A DNA stretch of 64,000 nucleotides from Octopus sinensis (lineage: Eukaryota): NCBI RefSeq assembly GCF_006345805.1, contig NW_021832126.1:124001-188000 (forward strand). The letters are read 5' to 3'. The notes beneath the pieces are model-generated. The model searched no databases. It was not told the origin of the DNA and saw only the letters and a program-made list of their open reading frames with translations. Numbering within the stretch: position 1 is the first letter of the stretch; every line of letters begins with the position of its first letter. The translations under genes were made by a program, and so were the position numbers. Below, one piece after another: positions 10,867 to 23,421 of the stretch.

Positions 10867-13800
10867 TTATTGGCAGATAGCCAGAGTATTGCCTCTGACT
10901 ATGGCTATAGATATTCTTTCGATTAAATACCGGTGCTCACACGGGTCGCCGGTAACCCTTTCGATTAATGAGGCAATGCGCTGGAGTAGGGTCCGAGTAG
11001 AAGGCCCCTGTATTCCTGACGTCTCAACGGGGCTCCAGGATTCTCGATGCATAATTTGATATTCTGATTGGAAAAGGAGTTCACACACGTGACGTCCCAA
11101 ACCAGACACTTTCCCCTCTGAAATGGAAATGTGGTCATCCCATCGGGTCTTCTGCCGTCTTCTACGAAAATCCCCGCAGATTCCAATTGTGTGTGGAATC
11201 CAGCAGTTCGAAGAGATCGACAGATGATCTGGTTCAGTTCGGAATGCCGTGAAGAACGTCCAATTCCGTTTCGACATGAGAGGGAGTGATATCCAAACAA
11301 GTCAGTCCACACGCCGCACCGGCATTGGTGTTTTTCATAAACGCGTAGACCGAGGCGCAGACAAACTCCAATTCTTACGGCTTCATCATTAAGAAGGCAG
11401 CCAGTTGTATTACAAGGGTTACAGTTTAGCCACGCGCCGCTTAGAGGCTGGCTGCCCGCTTGTAAACAAGCCAACCTTCTCTGGTCCATGGTTTCCTTTA
11501 GGCATGAAAACGTATTGGCTTGGACTTTCGACGTCCACTCCGATTGGCAGGTCACATCAGATGGCAATCCCAGCTTTTCCCATACGGCGACGCAATCATC
11601 CACAGCAAATAAATTCCTCTGTTCGTTTATTTGAGAAAGAACAGTGTCGATCATATCTCTGGACGAGAGTACTGAGGAAAAATATGCGCCGTGCGCTGAA
11701 TCTGCCGGGGTGATCAAGCCGATCCCTCCCAGGGAATTTGGAAGAGTCGCCTGTCTCCACGACTGCGTATCGAAGCTGACGTTGAGGATGTCCTCAGTGC
11801 AAGCTCTCATATGCTCGGAATAGTCTTCGAGAAGATCTGTTTCCTGATAGCATTGGGCCGTCCTCAAAAGGTATGTTAACTTCGGAATAGATAGACAGTT
11901 CCTCATTAAAAAGAGCCCAATGTGGCTGGCTATCCACACAACGTAATTTTTCAGAGAGAAGGGAAAATTCCGAAATTTTAGCCTTCATAACAGCTTTGAT
12001 ACCACTTTCCAAAATAGGAGATCCAAGAAAAATCAAGTCCTCTTTGAGGGGGAAGGTGCATCCAGGTAGCAGTTTGTCGAATTCGGTCATCCACTTACGA
12101 AAGAAAAGTTCGTCCGTGTTGACATTCACAATTTTGCATTTGCCGCAGTTGAATTCAAGCCCAAGCGCTCCAAAATTAAAAACAAGAGACTTCAGCGTTT
12201 CCAAGATGCCTTCGGGGGTTCCTCCAATTACTCCATCATCCAAATATCACATGTTAAGATCATTTTTACACGATCTCGTTGTTTGGTGAATTGCGAGGGA
12301 GAATAAAAGAGGACCTAGAGCAAGGGTGTCAAACATGCGGCCCGCGGGCCGCATGTGGCCCTCGAAAGACATAGGTGCGGCCCTCAGCGTACTTTGCCAA
12401 ACATAAGTGCGGTCTGATTTAATGGCTATAAAATGCAAAAAATTATTTTTTATTTTTTTACATTTAATTAAAATTTTTAATTGTATTTTTAAATCGTGTT
12501 TGTTAATGCCACGTGCTTCTTCTGGAATAGAAAAGAAACGCACCTTGAAAGATGAACGGAGACTGTTTCAAGATAAATGGGAACTTCTCTATTTTTGCAC
12601 AATGATTGATGGAAAAATACATTTTTTGATATGTAACAAGTTTATCGCTATACCGAAAGAATACAACCTAAAGAGGCATTATCAATCTAATCATCTATCA
12701 TACAATTATTTCGAAGGTATTAAGTTGCTTATTAACCAAGAAGGTCCAATGCGTGTTTCAAAGCTAAATGAATTGCGAAAAAATTTATCTGCGTTACAAA
12801 CTTATTTCACAAAAAATCATAATCGAAGTACTGCATTAGTCACTGGAAGCTATGAAATCAGTAGAATGCTTGCAGTAAATGGAAAATCATATAGTGATGG
12901 TGATTTCATCAAGCAATGCCTTGTAAAAACAGCGAATATTATTTGTCCAGACGACGCCCACTTGTTTAAAGATATTTCATTAACAAGAAACACTGTTGCC
13001 GAACACATTAATGAAATGGCATTGAATTTGAAACACCAATTAAAATCTGATTTGTTAAAATTCGAATATTTTTCAATTGCAATCGATGAAACAGTCGACA
13101 TCGTTGGAATTGCACAATTAGCAATCTTTTTTAGAGCGTGTGATTCAGATTTTAATATTTATGAAGAATTTCTCGAACTAGTACCAATGCACGATACTAC
13201 TACAAGTAAAGATATCTTTATAAAACTACTACAAATTCTCTTTGAATATGGGTTTGATTTGAAGAAGCTTGTATGTTTATGTACTGATGGTGCTCCTAAT
13301 ATGGTTGGACGACTGCTGGCGTTGCCGCTAAATTTCGAGCTGAAATAGAAAAGGTAAATCCCAGGTCATCATTTGCTCATTTTCATTGTATTATTCATCA
13401 GCAATATTTGTGCTCAAAGATATTAAAAATGGAAAATACCATTAGTTTGGTCACGAAAACAGAAAACTATATCAGAGGTCATCCACTCAACCACCGGCAG
13501 TTTAGTAAACTGCTGACAGATATTAATAATCAGTTCAGCGACATTTTTTTTTATACTCCAGTCCGCTGGTTATCACTTCACAAAGTTGTTAAAAGATTTT
13601 ATTTGTTGAGATCGGAAATAATTTTATTTATGGAGATGAAAGGGCAAAATAAATGCGGCCCTCGAAGCGAAATTGTTACAAAATGCGGCCCTCAAAGCGA
13701 AATGAGTTTGACACCCCTGACCTAGAGGGTCACCTTGTTGAACTCCATTGGCAGAATCAAGTATTGTTGTTCCGAAACAAGCGCGGAAGGCTTGGAGTAT

Positions 13801-14235
13801 GCCAAATTGACAATCGGTAGGATGTGCGGAATTTCTTTGGCGCAAGCTTCAAGAATACAGTCTCTTCTAACAGAATTGAATGCATTCTTTAGGTCGATCT
13901 TGGCCAGAATTTGTTGAGAATCCGTGGAAGAAAAAACAAACTCACGTAGAGCGTGGACCCCGGCCTCAGCGCCTCCTCGGACACCAACTCCGAGCTGTGT
14001 TGGTACGAAGTACGATAGAAGTTCCCCAGAGCCTGCCTTGCTTGCTATCTTGGAAGCAATCCTCCGGAAAATGTTTCCGACAGCAATGAGGCGAACTCCG
14101 CCTTCTTTAGGGCCGTCAAACATGAGGAGAAGATCAGTTCACGGGCAAAAGAGCATAAGTCGCCGGACAGAATCTTGTTAGAGAGTTAGACGATCTTTTC
14201 GAGCAAGGTAGTATTGTTTTCCCCTGAGAGCCGAC
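10867..14235 (-). mobile_element. CRE-clade RLE non-LTR retrotransposon (family A), 5'-truncated and interrupted by a hAT
   Basis: RT motifs GGVRLIAVG, KIDLKNAFNS, GVQQGDPL|GPLLF and YLDDG, then CCHC/RH, RRPDG...VWDVTC and ERISIAIVRGN. Confidence 0.92.
12321..13719 (+). mobile_element. SPIN/GTF2IRD2-like hAT transposon, internally deleted
   Basis: TIR CAAGGGTGTCAAAC / GTTTGACACCCCTG. TSD ACCTAGAG at 12313-12320 and 13720-13727. ORF 12407-13348 with FSIAIDET and TDGAPNM. Confidence 0.95.
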
Positions 14236-14306
14236 ATATCAAATCAAATTTAAAAATAAGACCTCAACCTCATTTGATAATTTATTAGAAAATATATTTA
14301 TTAGAA

Positions 14307-15669
14307 CAGGGGTTCTCAACCGTGGTCCCCAGAAAATTTTTAGTGGTCCCCAGGAATTTTCGAAAAATAAAAATATATTAAAGTTAAAACTAATTGTACA
14401 ATTAAGTATAAATCAAAAACATTGAAATTAATCAAGCGGTTCTCAATCGTGGTCCCCAGAAAATTTTTAGTGGTCCCCAGGAATTTTCGAAAAATAACAA
14501 TATATTAAATTTAAAACTAATTGTACAATTAAGTATAAATCAAAAACATTGAAATTAATCTGATTTGATTAGCGTGGTTTATCATTCTAGTTATGGTTAA
14601 CAAGAATCGTCGTCTTTGGTCGGATTCTTACGTACAATTTGGATTCACTAAATTCATGATGATTATTTTCCGGTAATCTCCAAATTTAGCCATACTATAA
14701 ACCACAAGAGAATAAATTATTTAAAATTTTATTAAAATAATTCCTTGTTAGAAATAAATAATTAATATGAATAAATTAAAGAAAACACACATCGTCAATA
14801 AACTAACAAATGAACCAACCACCTACCCTTTCAACCATTGTTTTTCGCCAAACTTCTCATATAATTAAAAAAAATACCTCAAAAACGTAGAATGCAATGG
14901 CCAACATTGACTAATTTTAAATGGGATTGTCTATTGTTGATGCGGATGCAATTTCTGCTCCTAAAAGTTTACAAATACGATTTTTTGGCTTGATTTTTAT
15001 TCTTAAAAAATATGAAAATCCAGACAATCCAATAGACAAATCCATTAAAATTAACTTAAATTAATAAAAAATGAAAAAATAATTAAAATCTATTGCTTAT
15101 ACGTCGAGATTTATAGTATGGCTAAATTTGGAGATTACCCTCAATTTTCAGCAGAGCTTGATTGAACTTCAATGTAATCAGTCTGCTCAGATTATTTTCA
15201 AATGTACATCATTATTAGATTTTTGGTATTCTCATTAATAATTACTTTTTATTGTTAGGTGTCAGATAGCGAAAGAATTGGGGAATTCTTGAGTAAAACT
15301 GCATTGGAATCAATACTTGCATTCCCCACTACTTATCACTGTGAAATGGCGATGTCGTGTCTGACTTTTCTAAAAACAAAATATAGAAATAGACTACGGG
15401 TACAAGATGATATGCGAGTAGCTTTGTCGAACATAGAGCCTGATATAAGTAAATTATTCTGAGCAAACAAGATCAGAAATCTCACTAAATTACTATTAAA
15501 TTTTCTGTTATTTTCATAATGTTCATGTTATTTTTATAATAAACCTGGCCCTGACGAGGCCAAAAATTGTGCGCTAATACCAAAAAATGTTTTTTTTATT
15601 TAAGGAGGTCCCCACAAAATTTTATAGTGCAAAAGTGGTCCCCAGTCTAAAAAAGGTTGAGAACCGCTG
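14307..15669 (+). mobile_element. Non-autonomous hAT with a duplicated left end and a transposase 3' remnant
   Basis: TIR CAGGGGTTCTCAAC / GTTGAGAACCGCTG. TSD TATTAGAA. FPTTYHCEMAMS...KTKYRNRL. About 134 bp of the left end is tandemly duplicated. Confidence 0.9.
14672..15139. mobile_element. Possible MITE with 30-bp inverted repeats, nested in the hAT
   Basis: GGTAATCTCCAAATTTAGCCATACTATAAA at 14672-14701 and its exact reverse complement at 15110-15139. No TSD seen. Confidence 0.55.
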
Positions 15670-15761
15670 TATTAGAATGTATAACTAAAAGAAGGTCAAG
15701 ATTTTTGAACATTAAATTATTTTGATTTAAAATTAATATAAATAAATTAATTGTAGTTTGT

Positions 15762-16533
15762 ATTATCGTCGCTCTGCCCTCGCTGCCTGGACCGCCTCAG
15801 GTCTTGCCTTCCCTGTGGAGGATCACTTGCAGAGGAGTTGGGACTCCATCCGCTGCAAAGAAGTAGTAAAGTCCCTTAAAGGAAGCGCCGATTAAGTTAA
15901 ACTCGCCTCGTTGAATGCAGCCTGTCACCCGCATTCTCCGCTTATCCTCTGCCTCCTCCTGTTTGGCGATTCCTTATCGTCTCATCGACCGGAGTGCAAC
16001 AGGGAGATCCCCTGGGGCTTTTCCTCTTTGCTATGTGTGTCAAATCCGTCGCTCGTTCTGTCCGCTCTCCGGTAAATATCTGGTACTTGGACGACGCGAC
16101 GATTTGTGGACCTCCCCGCTCTGTCTTAGCCGACCTGCGGAGCATTATCCCGGCCCTTTCATCCATCGGTCTCTCGATAAACTCAAGCAAGTCCGAAGTC
16201 CTAAATCTGAATATTCCTTCCGATTTTTTTGCCGAAATTGATTAAAATATTGTAACATCAATCAAAAATCGACAAAATTCGGTTGAAAGCGGCAAACCTG
16301 CTAAATACTTTTTCCGATAAAGAGATTATCCCAAAAGCCTGGAACAACATCATAAAGTCATCTGCAATCCACCTACGAGAGGTTCGTCCTGAAAATCCCC
16401 GTCCGTACCGAAAATGCGTCGGGACAACGGCGGAATATCGGGAGAGGCTGCGCGAACTGCTGAGGGAGGCTGGGATCACCTGAATTCTTTCTTTTGGCTA
16501 TGATGATGGTTTTCTGGTTCAATAAATAAAATA
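15762..16533 (+). mobile_element. Chimeric retro-insertion: CRE post-RT piece + CRE RT core + family-Y 3' end
   Basis: QRSWD..LNAACHPHS precedes GVQQGDPLG..WYLDD, then ..LLREAGIT* and the tail. TSD AATTGTAGTTTGT at 15749-15761 and 16534-16546. Confidence 0.75.
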
Positions 16534-16609
16534 AATTGTAGTTTGTTGTTGGTCATCATGAATCTCATCCTTTTAATCATATGAATGAATGTTTGCTTTG
16601 TTAATAATA

Positions 16610-18829
16610 TGTGACATGGTTTGCGCGATACCTATGGGCCGCGCGATACCTGAGTGACCTTGAAATGTACAATTATGACATTGATGGGATTAAATTATAA
16701 ATCTTTTAATTAGACCGCGACTCATTCTTATCATTTAATAATTTACTAAATTAGCTAAAGACTCTCTCATTTTGACAAAAAATTATATTTGTAGGAATTT
16801 ATTATCAGAAATTAATTTTTTGGTGGAAAACCTAAATTTCTTGAGTATTTCTAGCGTGCAAGTATATTTTGCAGCAATGTCCTCGTACAAAGGTTATGTA
16901 AAGAATAGTTTGGAATATCAAATTTTAAAAGATGTTTTACAGGATAAATTTCCTGAACATCTTACAAAGCAAAAAAAATATAGACTAGTTAAGAAAATTG
17001 AAAATTTTACTGTAATTAATGAAAGGTATCATACAAATTGTAAATGTATAGATTGTATCTTAAATGTGCGAATTCAGATCACAAGCTAGTGATTTGTCTA
17101 GACCAGGGGTTCTCAACCTTTTTAGCTCAAGGGCCAAATCGATAATTAAGATTAGCTTCGCGGGCCGCACAAAAAATATTTTATATATTTTTATATTTTC
17201 CATTTTACTAAATATATTCGCATAAATATGTAGATTCATATATGCATTGTGTGCTATATTTTTGAATTTGTCTTGAGGAATTAATTCGTAAAAATTAATA
17301 ATGGACGCATTTTTTAATAATGCCGCCAGTTCTATATCATGTTGCAAACTAATGAGTTCTAGTTGAAACTTTGCAGGCGCATCCTTAATTTCCACGGTGA
17401 ATGGAGTTACGAATATTTTCATTAAAGGAAGGAATTCTTTAAAATTCTAAAAATTAATTTATAATGTACTCCAAAACGTGCTTCAAATTGATTAATGAAA
17501 TCACCAATTATGGATATGTTTAACCTTAAGAATGAATAATTAAATTTAAACATTATTAAAAAATTAAAAAAGTTAGTTACTCTAGAGGGGCCGCAAAAAA
17601 AATCCTGGGGGCCACATGCGGCCCCGGGGGCCGCATTTGAGAACCGCTGGTCTAGACAATGAACCCGAAATGGAGATCGTTGCTAAAAGTTTGCATGACT
17701 TCTTGCATGGAGGAGTTAACAAAATTGAATATGAATGTCGACAACGATATTTCACAGTTAAAAATGAGATTATTAGAAAAGTCATTCGAAACTGTGAAAT
17801 TTGTAAATTTGCGCGACCCTTAAAAGTTTTAACTTTTTTAAATCCTAGATTGGAGATATAAATAACCATGTCTTTGCATCTTGCCCAAATGAAAGATTTC
17901 AGATAGATCTTATAGATCTGAAAAGTTTTTCTACCATAAATAAAAATTTTAAATGGATTTTAACGGCATTGACGTATATAGCAGTTAGTTTTTTTAACAA
18001 TTTTTATAGATTTGCATTTGCGAGGCCGCTCTACACTAAGTCCTCAAATGAAGTTTGTGAAAACCTTATTTTTCTTAAATGGTCCGTGTCAATTTCTTCA
18101 GTCCGATAATGGGACTGAATTCAAGAATCGTGAAATGACCAATCTATGTGAGGAATTCAATATCAAACGAATTCACGGAAGGCCAAACAATCCCCGCTCA
18201 CAAGGGATTGTCGAACGCTTCAACCAGTCAATTACAAGAAAAATGGCAAAAATGATCGACAATGATAATAAAAAGTGGCTGGAAAAATTAGAAAATGCAG
18301 TGTACAGTTATAACATTTCTGTCCACTCATCTTCTAATGAGAGCCCTTTTGAAAGATACGGGGAATAAGTGGAATAAATACAATATTTTATGGTTGTAAT
18401 TATAAAATTATTCCTTAGATAATTCAGGTAATGATTTGTTGAGTCCTGATCAAGTCGATGATGCAAACAATTGTCCGAGTCCAATTGAAAATTCATGTAA
18501 TTTGAATTTCTATATGTAGATGATTGTAATTATTCGTTTACAAGTCCGAAAAGATTGCGACTGAATAAGTTTGAATCTCCATATTATCCATCTGCAGAAA
18601 TTATCAGTATTTTATCAAACAATCGCGTTGAGGTAGTTTAAACATTCAAATTTAATAGATAAAAATTCGATGAGCGAAATTTCGATTGTGCCAATGTCCA
18701 GACTTAAAAAATAATTAACAAGTTATTATTCTTTGAAGTTTAATATTAATTACAATATTGACATTAAGTTAAGCTGCAAGGTCACGTCAGGTATCGCGCG
18801 GCCCATAGGTATCACGCAACCATGTCACA
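16610..18829 (+). mobile_element. Ginger-like (Gypsy-type integrase) DNA transposon, degenerate
   Basis: ~50-bp TIR TGTGACATGGTT / AACCATGTCACA. TSD TAATA. HHCC (HDFLHGG..CEIC), RFQIDLIDL, QSDNGTEF, PRSQGIVERFN. Three tiny introns and no RT. Confidence 0.9.
17104..17649 (-). mobile_element. Short non-autonomous hAT nested in the Ginger integrase
   Basis: TIR CAGGGGTTCTCAAC / TTTGAGAACCGCTG. TSD GTCTAGAC. Removing it restores ICLDNEPEM. Transposase remnant LELISLQHD on the minus strand. Confidence 0.92.
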
Positions 18830-19194
18830 TAATATTTTTCTTAGTTCAATATATAGATTTTCAAAGAATTATCAATGGAATAAAAGCGGGAACCTATGAA
18901 TATAAACCAGAAAGCCCGGAATTTCGAAATGTTTCAGCTCCTTTTAAAAAATTTCTGAAACTGCTTTCTGATCCGTCCCCCGCCGATGCGGTGCCCAGAT
19001 GTTTTTGTCACATAACGCTTTTCACGATTAATCATGACTTATTGATTATTTTTGTATTAAAAAGTTAATGTTTGTTTGACTGGCAAGTTCATTTTCTCAT
19101 TTTGACAGGTATTGGTTCTTTTAGAGTCTAAAAGATGACATTCTAAAAGATTCTCGAAATTGGCCATGAAATTTGTATGTAAAAAAAAGAAATT

Positions 19195-19392
19195 AAAGGA
19201 ACAAAATCAAAAAATATCTCAAAAAATATAAATAAGTAAAAAGGAGATTAATAGAAAATAATCGAAAAATATCACAAACAGTATAAATAAGTAAAAAAGG
19301 AGATTAACAGAAAATAATCGAAAAATATCACAAACAGTATAAATAAGTAAAAAAGGAGATTAAAGGAATAAAATCGAAAAATATCACAAAAA
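19195..19392. repeat. ~55-bp AT-rich tandem repeat, 3-4 units
   Basis: AAAAGGAGATTAA..GAAAATAATCGAAAAATATCACAAACAGTATAAATAAGTA repeated with small variants. Confidence 0.85.
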
Positions 19393-19689
19393 TGATGAAC
19401 TTTCAAATAATTAAATCATTAAAAGAAAATACATCCTGATTTATTCCTTCTGAATCCAATTATAAAAAAATTAAAGTGTAGCAGATAATTAAGAGAGCAC
19501 CACAAAGTAAATCAACAGCGTGCTCATACGTGGCATAATTTATTAGGCATTAGGTTTGCCATTAAGAAATTAAGATAATCTTGTATAGTAGTGTGAATAA
19601 ATATAAGTTAAACTAATGTATGTAAAGCTAATGTATGTAGGTATGTAAAAAAAAGTTAAACTAATGTATGTAAAGCAGAAGAACTGATG

Positions 19690-20627
19690 GCGATCCAGTT
19701 TCCCCTCACTATTGCTTGGGACACGTTCTGGAGGAGCCATCTCGTCTCCAGAGGATTGTGTGTTCTCAGGATCTTGAGACGTCCAATACACTTGAGGAAG
19801 CGCAACGACTCCTTCCCAATCGATCCCAGGGTTTCGACGGCAACCGGCCGGAAAACGTAACGATCGGTGAGCCCATCATATTTCTTCTTCTTGATGTCCT
19901 CTGCTCTATCCGCAGCCCAGAAACTCCTATCAGCTTTCCGAAATCAGTCAATCATTCCTGCCAGAATCCCAAAATCAGCCAGACTTACCGTGGCTAAGTC
20001 CCTCTCGGTCTTGATCGACCAGGCACTGTTATCCAACGCTCTTGGAACCTGGTTCAAGTTATTCTGTTTCTTCCTTATCTGCCTTAATTCTACATCAATT
20101 CGCTCACGTGATGCCAAACACGTTTCTTCCGCTCAGCGGATCAAAGATCGCTGTTTATCCTTTATTCATTCGTGTGGACTGACGAGTTTGGATATCACTC
20201 CCTCTCATGTCGAAACGGAATTGGACGTTCCTCACGGCATTCCGAACTGAACCAGATCATCTGTCGATCTCTTCGAACTGCTGGATTCCACACACAATTG
20301 GAACCTGCAGGGATTTTCGTAGAGGACGGCAGAAGCCCCGATGGGATGACCACATTTCCATTTCAAAGGGGAAAGTGTCTGGTTTGGGACGTCACGTGTG
20401 TGAACTCCTTTTCCAATCAGAATATCAAATTATGTATCGAAAATCCGGGAGCCCCGTCTGAACGGGCTGAGAAGAGAAAGGCTAAGAAATACGCTGGAAT
20501 TGGGAATGGCAGAGTGTTTGTCCCCCTGGCTGTTGAGACGTCAATCGAACGAATATCTATAGCCATAGTCAAAGGCAATACTCTGGCTATCTGCCAATGA
20601 CGATTTTTCTTTTGACCTAATTTGAAT
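19690..20627 (+). mobile_element. RT-less CRE derivative: N-terminal region fused to the family-A RLE end
   Basis: IPARIPKSARL..WFKLFCF joins at ~20170 directly to WTDEFGYHSLSCRNG..PDG..WDVTC, which is nearly identical to 10867-11330. Confidence 0.8.
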
Positions 20628-20639
20628 AAAATAAAATGA

Positions 20640-21200
20640 AAGTGACTTGAAAAAGTATTAATACAGAGAATAGAATAGTATTTATTGACCGAAAAGAAAA
20701 ACAAGGAAGAAATCATTAACGGGGAGATAAAAACAAGCCACCGAAGTGTCTCTTTCTATGCGTATCCCCAATTGTAGTCATAGTTGAAACAATTCTCCAA
20801 GACCATCCGGATCGTGGACACAGAGGATTCTTGTGAGTCTTTTAACCTTCCGTCAAGTTGTACTCCGTAAGCCAATTTCATAGCGAAACGTCTTGTCTTT
20901 TCCAGCTGTTCGATCAGGTAGTCACTCTCCTCCGTACCGTACCAGCCCTCGTAGCCATAAGTGAGGACTGGCTGCACACACGTTTTGTATACGTAGATGT
21001 ACGTTTCCGGATCCAGATGGAACCTGGTTAAGCTTTGAGGATCCTCACACTCCTCTTTCTCTGATTTGCTATATGATCTGCGTACGAGCCACGACAGTTG
21101 ATGGTTGCTCCCAGGTAATAAAGATTTTTTGCTTTTCGAGAGATCCATCACATAACTACTCATCGCATATGCACACGACTCCGCACAGCGACTTCCTCTC
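20640..21200 (-). mobile_element. Non-LTR retrotransposon 3' part (RT thumb-like region plus 3'UTR), 'family X'
   Basis: VYKTCVQPVLTYGYEGW..LEKTRRFAMKL resembles the LINE post-RT motif. A homologous copy lies at 25331-25560. Confidence 0.55.
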
Positions 21201-21488
21201 CGCAATCATGAAATGGTGCTCTTCTCCGGTGCTAGGGTCAAACCCTTCTCTATAGTCCACATCTTTGGCGTTGCAATGTATGATTTCAGTCGTCTCCAAG
21301 ACTGCGATATCCTTTTTGAGGTATATTGTGTTAATTTTTTTAAATATTTTAATAAATAAATTAATTGTAGTTTGTTGTTGGTCATCATGAATCTCTTTGA
21401 TCCTTTTAATCATATGGATGAATGTTTGCTTTGCTAATAATATTTTTCTTAGTTCAATATATAGATTTTCAAAGAATTACAAAGGGAA

Positions 21489-22590
21489 TGTCACCGGCTG
21501 GATAATGCCCTGGGTTGGATAATGCCCACTCAACGTTATTTTAAAAAAATAAATATTTTTTCAAATTAATTTTGATTAGATTTTTTGATTTTCTTAATTA
21601 TTTTAGTAATTTATCAGAGTTTTTTTTCAAATTAATCTACCGTGCAAATTTATTTTGGTTATCTAAGTTTTCCAATTTGAAAAAATAATAAGTATAATTG
21701 ATCAAATCTATATTTTAGAAATGGTTTTACTCAACCTTACTAAAGATGAACTTGAAGTAATCAAAAATATTCAAATAGATGTTTTTTATATGGACCGATT
21801 GCAGATTTAGTGGATTTAAGAAGGTATGCTAGCCTTAATAGCGATAATGGATGGTTATTTCTTTTTGTATAAATTGTAGTTGGTTGTGGTTATAGACTCA
21901 TTTTTTAAATTCGCAGTTGCCAGGCGGAAATCAGGGGAGGAAATTACTAGAAAATTAAAGAATATTTTTTACATGATTTGTCCCCCATTTATTCTAAAGA
22001 CGGATAATGGGAAAGAATTTAAGAACAAATGTATGGAAACAATGTGTAATGATCTGAAAATCATACATATAAGTGGACGCCCTAAAGCACCATGGATTCA
22101 GGGTCATGTAGAAAGGTAAGTTATTTGTAAATTTATCTTTAGATTCAATCAATCGATCAAAAGGTGGATTAGCTCAACTAGTGCCTCAAATGGGTCTTTT
22201 GGAAGCTATAAAGACTTCTATCAAGAAATCGTTTATAAATATAACATGGCGAAGCATGAAACGACCAAGAGGACACCTTTCGAAATTTTTATGGTAGGAA
22301 ATAATTTAATCCCGGAGGAAATAAGATTGGCGTTATTGTCATTCGATGAAAATGAAGCGGTTGAATCAAGTCAATCGGAGATAATTGGATCTGATTATTT
22401 CGAAAACGAGGACGATTGTTTGAATCAACAAAGTGTGTATGAAAGTCATGTTTTCGCCGGAGAAAAAATGGGAAAAAGGCGGAAATGGAAATTTAATGAA
22501 GATTTAGCCGTAGGAGAGAATGTCCTACTGAGGCATGATATTGATGCAAATCCAAATAATTTTTTATATAATAAAAATTCATGAATTTTT
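21489..22590 (+). mobile_element. Ginger-like integrase transposon, right end missing
   Basis: Left end TGTCACCGG with doubled GGATAATGCCC. VVIDSF, KTDNGKEFKN, WIQGHVER|FNQS with a 27-nt intron at 22116-22142. Confidence 0.75.
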
Positions 22591-23421
22591 AATATTTGTT
22601 TTTAAATGGTAGACCTAAAAAACTGTATAATTATAATAAAAAGGTATGCTAGTCACGAATCCTAGTTAACCTAAAAAAAAAAAAAAAATTATAATAAAAA
22701 ACGTTATTGATTCGGAAAAATTGGTGATGTCGGTTTTTGCCGACTCTTGGAAAAATTCATTCAATCAAAAAATTGATAAAAAATTGAATAAATCGACTTA
22801 ATTTCATTATCAAGTTATTTTTAATTAATAAAATATTTAAAACTACCTCAACACGATTATTCGATAAAATATCAATTATTTCTGCAGCAGTTTAGTCGTT
22901 CGTTGATAGCATCCTTCCCCGTTTTATTTTTACTCCGGGAGCATGCTCTCCAGTGTTTTTTTGATCACGATTGTCTGAACATATGCACGCGTTAAGTCGA
23001 CTTGTAGGGACTTTTGGTAGTGCTTGTAAAATTTGGATGTTATTCCATTCAAAAATCTTTAATAATCATAAAATTTAAAAATAAAAACTAATCTAATAGG
23101 ATCACGATAAAAATCGGATGTACAAATAATTTTAATTGCATTAACCCAAATAGGCTATAAACATAATCATTCTGAGTAATCTATAAAATTTGGTTGGTCA
23201 TCCTCGTTACTGGCTTTTCTCTCATCATTGGGTGGGTCTCACCAAGTATGAAAATCCTCGTTTGAATACAAACAAATAATTAAAACTATATCGGGAACCA
23301 CCCATGAGGCTAACCACATACCCGCCCAAGAATTTTCACGCGCTCAAATCAGTGTTCACGTGATTAAAATTATAAGAAAATGTAAAATGCTTTATATAAA
23401 TGGAATATATGAAGTTCTTAT

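Noticed and set aside
11405-14181. Plus-strand ORFs 11405-11713, 11996-12289, 13735-14181
   Set aside because: Antisense shadows of the GC-rich CRE ORF.
15738-16546. ~24-bp CRE-style TSD
   Set aside because: The extra AATAAATAAA is the family-Y tail (also seen at ~898). The exact duplication is 13 bp.
16610-18829. LTR retrotransposon or Polinton
   Set aside because: The ends are inverted repeats. There is no gag, RT, polB or ATPase, and the integrase contains introns.
21225-21260. tRNA T-arm-like GGGTCAAACCC
   Set aside because: No cloverleaf, A box or acceptor stem.
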